Shown here: positions 38,852 through 49,444 of the stretch, piece by piece | Numbering within the stretch: position 1 is the first letter of the stretch | How the letters are laid out: each line of letters starts with the position of its first letter | Assembly: GCA_947478395.1 (NCBI GenBank) | Contig: CANJVR010000002.1 | Coordinates: 448,001 to 512,000, forward strand | Reading direction: 5' to 3' | Source of the DNA: Opitutia bacterium | Lineage (GTDB): Bacteria; Verrucomicrobiota; Verrucomicrobiia; Opitutales; Opitutaceae | DNA length: 64,000 nucleotides | Notes under the pieces: generated by a model | What the model was told of the DNA's origin: nothing | Database searches by the model: none | What the model saw: the letters and a program-made list of their open reading frames with translations, nothing else | Program-made: the position numbers and the translations under genes

Positions 38852-40063
38852 TTAGTGGGTCATCACGTAGAAGATGATGTTGATGCCGAGCGGATAGGAT
38901 ATCTTTTCGGAAAACGTGTGAAAATATTCGGGGTTCTCTCCCTCGCGCTCCCAGCCATCGCTGACGTCGCTGTTATGGATGGCGATAACCCGGATGCGCT
39001 GTTTGTCGTCGAGCCAAGCCCGCACATGCATGTCCTCAGACCCCACGCTGCGGCTGACGCGTTGCAACGGCGGCGAACCCGGATTGTCGGGGTCGTGGGC
39101 CTGGTTCCAAAACTGCATGGTCGGTACCTGCAGTTTGTGCATGGGACCACTGAGATGGAAAACACAGTTGAACACAGGGTGCTCGAGCGGGAGATCGACC
39201 CACCCTTCGCCCGGCAGGACCCGCTTCATTTCGGCGGCGAACCCATCCCACTCGGGCCCACTCCAAAAATCGTTCACGAAAAGCACGCCGCCGTTGCGCA
39301 GATATTTCCGCAACGCGGTGACCTCGTCATCGCGCAACGCCATGTAGCCGGGATGCTCCATGTAAATGAGCGGGTAGTCCGTAAGAGCGGGATCGCCTAG
39401 TTTAATCACGCGACCGTCGGGATCGGTCCGAATCGAGGTCATCTGTTGCAAGCGATACGAAAAATTCAAATCGGCGTCGGGGAAATCAACCCACCAGCCA
39501 AACCGAGGGCCCACGCCGAGTGCCCCGTCGAACATGACCCGACGTCCATCAAAACCTGCGCTGTTGCGCAGCGCATTTTTGAAAACGACGCGCGTAAACG
39601 TGAACACGTCTTTTTCGAAGCCGCCGCGGTTGCTCCACTCCGGCGTACCGGTGCTGTGCGTCAGCGTTTCTCGCGCGGTGCGAACAGTATCCTCGTCGAT
39701 CAGACCTCCGCCTTCGATGCGGACGAGCGAGCCAACTCCGGTGTCACCGGTAGGACCGCCACCACCACCAATAAAATTCATGGGCGGCAACTGGGCGAGG
39801 CCCAGCGTTGGAACGAAGACCAACGTCGCAAGCAGCGTGACGACTCCCAGTTTCTTCAGGACGTATCCAGAAAAGATCGATCCGAACGTCGGACGGGTTA
39901 GCCCGACGCGACCGGCTTGGCGCCTGAGCGAAGTCGAACCGCCTAACCCGCCGCTGCGGCTCGATGAACGCAGATGGCGGAGCCAATCAAACGCACGAAG
40001 GAGAACGCGCCCTGCCTTTTTTAGCCCGGACGTTTGTTCTGAAAAGTTTGCCCGCGACAACAT
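38852..40063 (-). CDS. DUF4159 domain protein (paralog 2); start uncertain, possible REP-derived N-terminal extension
   Basis: WVDFPDADLN, YPLIY, LRKYLRNGG.L..NDFW, HPVF, DGWERE, LGINIIFYVMTH; ATG lies 1 nt after the upstream stop. Confidence 0.85.
   Translation of the reverse strand: MLSRANFSEQTSGLKKAGRVLLRAFDWLRHLRSSSRSGGLGGSTSLRRQAGRVGLTRPTFGSIFSGYVLKKLGVVTLLATLVFVPTLGLAQLPPMNFIGGGGGPTGDTGVGSLVRIEGGGLIDEDTVRTARETLTHSTGTPEWSNRGGFEKDVFTFTRVVFKNALRNSAGFDGRRVMFDGALGVGPRFGWWVDFPDADLNFSYRLQQMTSIRTDPDGRVIKLGDPALTDYPLIYMEHPGYMALRDDEVTALRKYLRNGGVLFVNDFWSGPEWDGFAAEMKRVLPGEGWVDLPLEHPVFNCVFHLSGPMHKLQVPTMQFWNQAHDPDNPGSPPLQRVSRSVGSEDMHVRAWLDDKQRIRVIAIHNSDVSDGWEREGENPEYFHTFSEKISYPLGINIIFYVMTH
39888..40017. 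repeat. Degenerate composite REPIN family A within the 5' region of DUF4159 paralog 2
   Basis: CCTAACCCGCCGCTGCGGCTCGAT matches the 37687 copy at 23/24; flanking arms GTCGGACGGGTTAGCC… and …AACGCGCCCTGCCT. Confidence 0.7.
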
Positions 40064-40064
40064 A

Positions 40065-40943
40065 TCAGTGGGTCATCACGTAGAAGATCACGTTAATCCC
40101 GAGCGGGTACGCGGTCTTCTCCGAAAAATTGAGAAAATACTGCGTGTTCTCTCCTTCCCGCTCCCAGCCGTCGCCATTGTCGGTGTTATGCATCGCGATC
40201 ACCATCATCCGTCCCTTGTCGTCGAAGATGGCGCGGTGGTGAACGGTGCGGGTGTCGCCGTCGTGGTATTCGGCGGTTTCCCCGCCACTGCCATCCCAAA
40301 AACGAATCCCGGGGACCTGGCCTTTGGCTTTGATCTCAAACACGCAGTGATAAATAGGATGGTCGAGCGACAGTTCCTTAAAGCTGCGGTCGGGAAACAC
40401 CTTTTTCAACTCGCGCTCCACGTTGTTCCACGCGCTGTCGCCCCAGAAGTCATCGAGCATGAGAAAGCCGCCGTTCAGCAGGTATTTTCTCAGCGCGGTT
40501 ACTTCGTTTTCTTGAAAATAAAGCCGTCCCGGCTCGACGATGTAGACGAACGGATAGTCCACCAGGTCCGGATCGGTCAGGCGAATGTACCGGCCATCCG
40601 GATTCACCTTCATCGAGGTCATCTGCTGTAACCGGTACGAAAGGTTCAGGTCGCTGTCCGGCGTATCCGTTGCCCAACTGCCGCCACCGCCGCCACCACC
40701 GCCGCGCCCACGGCCGAACCCGCCGCCGCCAGAGCTGTAACGAATCCGGGTAAACGTGAACACATCGCGCTCGAACGCCTTCGGGTTGCTCCACATCGGC
40801 GTGCCGGTGCTGTGCGACGCGACTTCGCGGGGGGCCTTCGTGTCGTCGCTGATGTAGCCGCCTTCGCCGCCAAAAAAGCGCTGGGCGACGACCATGCCCG
40901 TGAGAGCCAGAAACAGCGCGAGAAATTTATGCGTTCGTTTCAT
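40065..40943 (-). CDS. DUF4159 domain protein (paralog 1), secreted
   Basis: Signal peptide; FTFTRIRY, WATDTPDSDLN, YLLNGGFLMLDDFWG, DGWERE, LGINVIFYVMTH. Confidence 0.9.
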   Translation of the reverse strand: MKRTHKFLALFLALTGMVVAQRFFGGEGGYISDDTKAPREVASHSTGTPMWSNPKAFERDVFTFTRIRYSSGGGGFGRGRGGGGGGGGSWATDTPDSDLNLSYRLQQMTSMKVNPDGRYIRLTDPDLVDYPFVYIVEPGRLYFQENEVTALRKYLLNGGFLMLDDFWGDSAWNNVERELKKVFPDRSFKELSLDHPIYHCVFEIKAKGQVPGIRFWDGSGGETAEYHDGDTRTVHHRAIFDDKGRMMVIAMHNTDNGDGWEREGENTQYFLNFSEKTAYPLGINVIFYVMTH

Positions 40944-43561
40944 TTGACCGCAGGCACGGTGATAGGATCAGGCACGGGTGTCGGCGCCGCAGGCACTGCA
41001 GTGGAGACGACTTCTCTCAGCAGATTCAAGGCCGCACGATTGCGGGGCGCCTCTTCCAGCGCGTATAATACTTCCTGACGTGCCGCGGGGTCGCCCGTGC
41101 GCCGGAGCAATTGCGCCAGTTGGAAATGAACTTCACCGGGATTCGCCGGATCAAGGAGCAATAGGGTCCGGTTCGCCGCGATCGCCGCGGGCGAGTCGTT
41201 CAACTCCGTCGACGCTTGGGCTAGGTAGCGCCATGGGGTCGAAATCAGCGGATTGATTTCCAGGAAGCGGTGCGCATTCAGCGCCACCGTCGGCCAGTCC
41301 TTGGCGTCGGCCGCTACTTCCATCAACCGGAGATTGATGTCCGCCGCTTCGTAATCCAGCGCCGAGATTTTGATGAGTGTCGCCCGTTCGGCGTCGATCT
41401 CCTCCAGCTCACGGTGAATCCCGGCCATGAGCCGCAGCGCGCTGTCCGCCCCGCGTTGTTCCGGGTAAAGCATCAGCAACCGGCCCAGCGGCACCTGGGC
41501 CTCCCGCCACTTTTTCTCGTCCATCAACGTCCGGGCCTGATGGCGCAGTGTCCAGTTACTGTCGGCGTGCTGCGCCTCCCACTCTTTCAGCGCGCCCTCG
41601 GCGCCAGCCTGCAGCAACTCCTTCCCGGGTTTAGTCCAGTCGAGCCCCGACGAAATGCCCTCCGCCTGCTTCCGCGCGTACGCGACGAATTCTTTCTCAA
41701 TCGTCGCGATCGGAGCGATCTGTTGGCTCAAAGCCCGGTTGATATCGTCGCCGCCCCGCAAATCGCGCAGCACCCCCTTGAGTTTATCCGCGCCGTACTT
41801 CGACACGATGTACTCGACGACCAGTGACGCCTGATAATAGGCGAACTGCAGATGCTCCGGCGTCGGCGGCGCGAGAAACGCAGCGCTCATATTGCCCACC
41901 GGCGTGAGGCCGTCCTTACCCTCCTTGAAAATCGTTTCGCGATAAGCCGGCGTCATGTGTTGGCCCCAGGACGGATTCGCCTGCCGCTCCTCGTACACGG
42001 AAATGCCCTCGCTCAACCAGCGCGGCATTTTGTTCGCCGTGAGTTGCAGCGTGATCACGTGACAAAACTCATGCCACAGGACCGACTGCCAATTGCTCGA
42101 ATGCGCGGCCGTCGACGCCGGACTATTGGCGGTGACCACCCGCCCAAAACATACGCCCAAAAATCCAGGAATGTCCGGCATGCCAAACGTACGCACCGCA
42201 AAATCCTTCGGGTCCGCAAAAATTTCCACGTAGGTCGGCTTCGCGATGTCCGCGCCGTATTTTTCCGACAGCTGGCGCTTCGCCCGACCCAGCAATTCCA
42301 GGACCTGAGCGCCGTAAACATCCGCCTCGTGCGTCGTCATGCGGAGCACGAAGTCGTCGTTGGTCAGCGTCCGATATTTCAACATCGTATCGTGCAGCGT
42401 GGCCAGGTTGAACGCCTCCACATCGTAGGCATCTTCGTCGTGCACCGCTTGCGCCAGTTTCCAGCCCTCCGCCTCTTCGCCGAGACGCAAAAGATCGTTC
42501 GCGAGCTCAGCTTTCGCCGGCAGATAATCGGCGTCGAACGTCAGCGCCTGGCGCTGGTGCGATGCGCCTTCCGCGAACCGATATTTCGCGGCCAGCTTTT
42601 GGCCGATCAACCAGTCGACCCGCGGATTGGCCGCCCAGCTGAGCAACGCCGTCGAGCGGGACGCCTTCTCTGTCTCCGGGTCGTTACGAAGATGAGCGAG
42701 CACGGAACGCAGCGCCCAAGCATCGGGTTGCGTGGAATTGATGGCGACGACGCTATCGAGCAGTTTCGCCGCTTCCTCGTAATTTTCCTCGTCGATTCGG
42801 TGGTCGGCAAACATCAACAGCGACGGAATGTGCCGCGGGTTGGTCTTCAATGCCGTCTCCATCGCATCGAGCATCACCTTGCGGTCGCCCTCAGCGTGCG
42901 CGCGCGCCAGACCGTAATTCAGATCCGGGTCGTCCGGCTGCCCCTTGAGCCCGTCTTGAAACACGGTGGCCGCGAGCGCGTAGTCATGTTTTTCCAGCGC
43001 CAAATCGCCGCGCGCGAGATAAACATCGCGCAACGTCGGAGCGGTTTTTTGGGCCACGGCAAAGACCTTGTCTAAAACATCCTTGGGATCGGCGCCCTTA
43101 ATCAGAGCGACCCGCCCGAAAACCACCAAGTCGGGCGGACTCCGGTAGGCCCAGTAGCGCTCACTATAAAGTTGGAAAATGGATTCGACGATTTTCGTCG
43201 CCTGTTCGGGCCGCCCGCTCGCGAGTGAAATTTCCCGGCCCAACCACCGGAGACGGATGCTGGTCGACTGCCGGCTCAAGGCTTTTGCCACCGCGTCCTC
43301 TGCGTCCGCGAGCCGGCCAACCGTCAGCAGGGACTTCCCCAACACCAGCGACCACTCTTCATTGGGCGCGCCATCGTCGAGCGCAGTCTGCGCCAGTTTG
43401 ATGGCCCCGGCATAATCGCCCGTCAGCAACAGCTTCTGTCCCTCAGCGGGCTCGGCCGCGGCCAACGTGCCCGAGCAGACACCGACGAAAAAAACGAGAA
43501 AGAGACTGAAACGGCTCAGGGGCCGGGACTGGCGCGGAAGTGGAGTCGAGCTCACCGTCAT
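40940..43561 (-). CDS. TPR-repeat protein with gluzincin-like (peptidase MA) metallopeptidase domain
   Basis: Signal peptide, TPR-like helices, LWHEFCHV (HExxH) followed by PRWLSEGISVYEE and AYYQA. Confidence 0.85.
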   Translation of the reverse strand: MTVSSTPLPRQSRPLSRFSLFLVFFVGVCSGTLAAAEPAEGQKLLLTGDYAGAIKLAQTALDDGAPNEEWSLVLGKSLLTVGRLADAEDAVAKALSRQSTSIRLRWLGREISLASGRPEQATKIVESIFQLYSERYWAYRSPPDLVVFGRVALIKGADPKDVLDKVFAVAQKTAPTLRDVYLARGDLALEKHDYALAATVFQDGLKGQPDDPDLNYGLARAHAEGDRKVMLDAMETALKTNPRHIPSLLMFADHRIDEENYEEAAKLLDSVVAINSTQPDAWALRSVLAHLRNDPETEKASRSTALLSWAANPRVDWLIGQKLAAKYRFAEGASHQRQALTFDADYLPAKAELANDLLRLGEEAEGWKLAQAVHDEDAYDVEAFNLATLHDTMLKYRTLTNDDFVLRMTTHEADVYGAQVLELLGRAKRQLSEKYGADIAKPTYVEIFADPKDFAVRTFGMPDIPGFLGVCFGRVVTANSPASTAAHSSNWQSVLWHEFCHVITLQLTANKMPRWLSEGISVYEERQANPSWGQHMTPAYRETIFKEGKDGLTPVGNMSAAFLAPPTPEHLQFAYYQASLVVEYIVSKYGADKLKGVLRDLRGGDDINRALSQQIAPIATIEKEFVAYARKQAEGISSGLDWTKPGKELLQAGAEGALKEWEAQHADSNWTLRHQARTLMDEKKWREAQVPLGRLLMLYPEQRGADSALRLMAGIHRELEEIDAERATLIKISALDYEAADINLRLMEVAADAKDWPTVALNAHRFLEINPLISTPWRYLAQASTELNDSPAAIAANRTLLLLDPANPGEVHFQLAQLLRRTGDPAARQEVLYALEEAPRNRAALNLLREVVSTAVPAAPTPVPDPITVPAVK

Positions 43562-43627
43562 GCGTTGCGAGGGGGTCTGGAAGAGGCTGATAACCGAAAG
43601 CCAAGTCACAAGGATCAAAGACGAGGC

Positions 43628-43654
43628 TGACGTCAAAGGGTTGTGGTAGATTCC
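43628..43654 (-). promoter_or_regulatory. Candidate ECF-sigma promoter upstream of the MoxR operon
   Basis: Minus strand GGAAT-N17-CGTCA, about 65 nt upstream of the first ATG. Confidence 0.25.
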
Positions 43655-43999
43655 TGCGCGAAAGCACCTCGCGTTCCGCGCCAGCCCCACGCCTTTCGCG
43701 CGCCGTCTGCACCGAGCGTGATTTCGTTGTTCGCTCCTCCTTGACCGACGCATCCCCCGGGGTTTTCGCGCTGAAAAATTCGAACTGACCGCCGTTTTTG
43801 CGGCCGTCGCGCTAAAGTTCTGCGCTCACCACGGGCGGGATTCTTACTCGCGCTGACTGGCTTAGACGTCGGGTCACCGTGTCGGGCGCTGCCCGGCATG
43901 CGGCTTTGCGGGAATTCTGAGCACCAGATCAAGCCTGAAGAATTTCGCCGTCCACGGGTTGCCGAGGAAACTTTACCGCCCGAACGACGGCGCCACTCT

Positions 44000-44440
44000 T
44001 TACGCTCCCGCCAGTGTGCTGCCCGCGCGCACGACCAGAATCGGAATCGCCGTGTTGTGCCGGACTTTGTCGATCGTGCTGCCGAGGAAAAAATCGCCGA
44101 TGAACTTATGCCCGTGCGACGTCATGGCGATCAGATCGCAGTTCTGCGCCGCGGCGGTCTTGAGTATTTCGGTTGGTGGATCACCCAACGCGAGCACGGT
44201 GCTCACCTTCAGCGCGCTGGCGCGCAATCGAACCGCCAATTCCTCCAGATAGAGGCGGTCGGCCTTGATCTCATCCGACTCGGCAAGCTTGAGGCTTTCG
44301 AAATGGCGCGCCGCGAAGCCGTCCGCCACGTGCACCAACAATAGCTCCGCGCCAAAACGGCGGCCAAACTCTGCGATGTGGGGCACGAGCGTGTCGTCCG
44401 CACGACTGTTTTCGAGCGCAACGAGAATTTTTTTATACAT
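44000..44440 (-). CDS. Universal stress protein (UspA family)
   Basis: MYKKILVA, LVHV, GDP..EIL, DLIAMTSHG…LGST, PILVV; downstream of mntH. Confidence 0.92.
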   Translation of the reverse strand: MYKKILVALENSRADDTLVPHIAEFGRRFGAELLLVHVADGFAARHFESLKLAESDEIKADRLYLEELAVRLRASALKVSTVLALGDPPTEILKTAAAQNCDLIAMTSHGHKFIGDFFLGSTIDKVRHNTAIPILVVRAGSTLAGA

Positions 44441-44526
44441 GGCGGGGAAAAGGGGTGTAGGTTGAGTGCGGCGCGGCTTCGCACTGGGAGCGGGACCGCG
44501 AGATCGTCCGGCCGGATAGTTTGAAA

Positions 44527-45918
44527 TCAGGAGGGGGTTAAACCGACGAATGCGTAAAGCCGCTGCGTCCAGGCTTCGGGCAGCAGCGCGTCGCTGAGGA
44601 GCTTCACGTTGAGCACGATGATCACGAGCGTGATGGTCCAGCCGAGGAGCTTGATCCACCACGAATTCACGAATTCGCCCATTTTTGCCCGGTCGCTGGT
44701 GAAGCGCATCAGCGGCCAGCACGCGAAGCCCAGCTGCATGCTCAGGCACACCTGACTGCCCACCAAAAGCTCGGTGCTCCGGCTCTCGCCGTAGATACCG
44801 ATGACGAGCACGGCCGGGACGATCGCGATCGCCCGCGTGATCAGTCGGCGCAGCCAAGGCCGTAGCCTGACGTTCAGAAACCCTTCCATCACGATCTGCC
44901 CGGCCAGCGTACCGGTGAGCGTGGAATTCTGACCGGACGCGAGCAGCGCCAGCGCAAACAGCGTGCTCGCGAAGGTCACGCCGAGCACGCCGTCGAGCAG
45001 GTGAAATGCCTCCTGAATTTCACCGACCTGCTGGTGTCCGCTACCGTGGAATGCGGCCGCCGCCAGAATCAAAATCGCAGCGTTGATAAAGAGCGCGAAC
45101 ATCAGCGCGAACGTGGAATCAATCGTGCCGAACTTGATTGCCTCGGCCTTGCCCGCGGAATTTTGGGTAAACTTCCGCGTTTGGATAATCGAGGAATGGA
45201 GATAGAGATTATGCGGCATCACGGTCGCGCCCAAGATGCCGATCGCGACGTAGAGCATTTCGGAATTCTTCAGCACCTCGAGTCGCGGCAGAAATCCCTG
45301 CATCACGCCGCCGAGATCCGGCTTCGCCACCCACAACTCCACGGCAAAACATCCGCCGATCGTGAGGATCAGCGTGACGACGAGTGCCTCAATATGACGA
45401 AACCCGTGATGTTGGAGCAGCAGCACAATCATCACATCGCCCGCCGTGATCACGCAGCCCCACACGAGCGGAATGCCAAACAGCAGCTGCAAGCCGATCG
45501 CCGAGCCCACCACCTCCGCGAGATCGCACGCCGCGATCGCCAGCTCGCACAGAATCCACAGAAACCAAACCGTCGGCCGCGAGTAATGGTCGCGACACGC
45601 CTGCGCGAGATCGCGCCCCGTCGCGACGCCGAGCTTCAAACACAAATGTTGAAGCAAGATCGCCATCAGATTCGAAATCATGATGACCGAAAGCAGCGAG
45701 TACCCGAACTTCGCCCCGCCTGCCAGGTCCGTCGCCCAGTTGCCCGGATCCATGTAGCCGACCGCCACCAGAAATCCCGGACCCGAAAACGCGAGGACCT
45801 TGCGCCAGAATGAAGCGCCCGCCGGCACCGCAATTGTACCGTGTACCTCCGGTAAACTCTGCCCGGCACTCACCTGCCGCCAGCCAGGCTCGGGGGTTGG
45901 AGTCGGTATGTTATTCAT
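44527..45918 (-). CDS. mntH: Nramp Mn2+/Fe2+ transporter
   Basis: GYMDPGNW, GATVMPHNLYLHS, GQNSTLTGTLAGQIVMEGF. Confidence 0.96.
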   Translation of the reverse strand: MNNIPTPTPEPGWRQVSAGQSLPEVHGTIAVPAGASFWRKVLAFSGPGFLVAVGYMDPGNWATDLAGGAKFGYSLLSVIMISNLMAILLQHLCLKLGVATGRDLAQACRDHYSRPTVWFLWILCELAIAACDLAEVVGSAIGLQLLFGIPLVWGCVITAGDVMIVLLLQHHGFRHIEALVVTLILTIGGCFAVELWVAKPDLGGVMQGFLPRLEVLKNSEMLYVAIGILGATVMPHNLYLHSSIIQTRKFTQNSAGKAEAIKFGTIDSTFALMFALFINAAILILAAAAFHGSGHQQVGEIQEAFHLLDGVLGVTFASTLFALALLASGQNSTLTGTLAGQIVMEGFLNVRLRPWLRRLITRAIAIVPAVLVIGIYGESRSTELLVGSQVCLSMQLGFACWPLMRFTSDRAKMGEFVNSWWIKLLGWTITLVIIVLNVKLLSDALLPEAWTQRLYAFVGLTPS

Positions 45919-46000
45919 AAAGTCAGCCTCCGAGCCCTACGCCGCCAAATGCATCCTGACGCGGTGAACGAATGACATCGGCCGAATCTTTTCGCTGCGC

Positions 46001-46020
46001 TATTTTGATTCGTCAAAGTA
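46001..46020. promoter_or_regulatory. Candidate MntR/DtxR operator
   Basis: TATTTTGA-TTCG-TCAAAGTA near-perfect AT-rich palindrome between divergent mntH and mntR. Confidence 0.6.
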
Positions 46021-46064
46021 AAAGTTTATTTGCCTCAAAGAAAGCGGCGGCTCTCATTCGCCCG

Positions 46065-46730
46065 ATGGCCACGATCACGGTCGAAAATTATTTGAAGCAA
46101 ATACTCCTGCTCTCCGTCGCTGACGGCGCGCTGGTTTCGATGGGCGCGCTCGCCACGTCGCTCGCCGTCGTACCCGGGACCGTCACCACCATGGTCAAGG
46201 CGCTCGCCGCCGAAGGTCTGGTCGAACACCAGCCGCGCCACGGCGTGCGCCTCACCGCCACCGGCCGCCGCCTCGCCTTGAGCGTGCTACGCAAACACCG
46301 GCTGGTGGAGACGTTTCTCGTCCACGTCCTCAAGATGGACTGGTCCGCCGTCCACGCCGAAGCCGAGCAACTCGAGCACGCGATTTCCGACACCGTGCTC
46401 GACCGCCTCGATGCGCTGCTCGGGCATCCCGCGGTCGATCCGCATGGCGATCCGATTCCGAGCCGGCAGGGCAAACTCAACTCGCAGGTGTACGCGACGC
46501 TCGCCACCTGCGCGCTTGCGAAATCGCTGCGGATCGTGCGCATCACCGAGCAGTCGGCCGAGTTCCTCCAATTCGCTGAACAAAACGGCCTGCGTCCCGG
46601 CGCCACCGTGCGCGTCGCCGAGCGCAATCTGGCCGCGGGCCTCGTCGCGTTGAAAACAAACGGCGCCCGCCCTCTCGCCCTCAGTTTCGCCGCGGCCGGT
46701 AAAATTCTGGTCGAGCCCGCGCGTCGCTAA
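46065..46730 (+). CDS. mntR: DtxR/MntR family metal-dependent repressor with FeoA domain
   Basis: VENYLK, HTH, RKHRLVETFL, EAEQLEH, DPHGDPIP, C-terminal FeoA/SH3-like domain. Confidence 0.9.
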   Translation: MATITVENYLKQILLLSVADGALVSMGALATSLAVVPGTVTTMVKALAAEGLVEHQPRHGVRLTATGRRLALSVLRKHRLVETFLVHVLKMDWSAVHAEAEQLEHAISDTVLDRLDALLGHPAVDPHGDPIPSRQGKLNSQVYATLATCALAKSLRIVRITEQSAEFLQFAEQNGLRPGATVRVAERNLAAGLVALKTNGARPLALSFAAAGKILVEPARR

Positions 46731-46912
46731 TCTGTGGCGCCGAGATAACGGCCTCCCCAAAAGGGAACGCTGATTGAATTTTACCCCCGCTGAAAATATT
46801 TGACCAGCGGCTGCGACTGATCGTCCGCGCGTTGAGACCGCGGTATCCGAGAATCGCGGACGATCTTCCCCTCCCCCGAGAAAATCGGCCGCAATCACCC
46901 GCCGCATTCGCC

Positions 46913-47019
46913 GGGCTTAAAGGCGATTAGCCGCCGCGGTGGTGGTGGGTTCGCCCATTGGCGAATTCCATCGGCGGTGCAGTGTCCCGCGGGCCGTGCG
47001 AAGGACAGCCTTTAAGTCT
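46913..47019 (+). other. Long hairpin upstream of icd (structured RNA or MITE-like element)
   Basis: GGGCTTAAAGGC/GCCTTTAAGTCT closing stem, CCGCGG/CCGCGG, GGTGG-GTTCGCC-CATT-GGCGAAT-TCCATC apical stem; mismatches within these stems are G-U compatible on the plus strand. Confidence 0.45.
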
Positions 47020-47066
47020 CGCCAAACTTCGCACCCGTCTCGGGTCCGTGACGCAATTGCCTTTGA

Positions 47067-49370
<2,304 letters not shown>

Positions 49371-49444
49371 TGACGTAAGAACGGCGCGTGGCGGCGCCCG
49401 CCGCCTTCACCCAACTAGCCTCCTTCCGAACTGCTTTATCTTTT

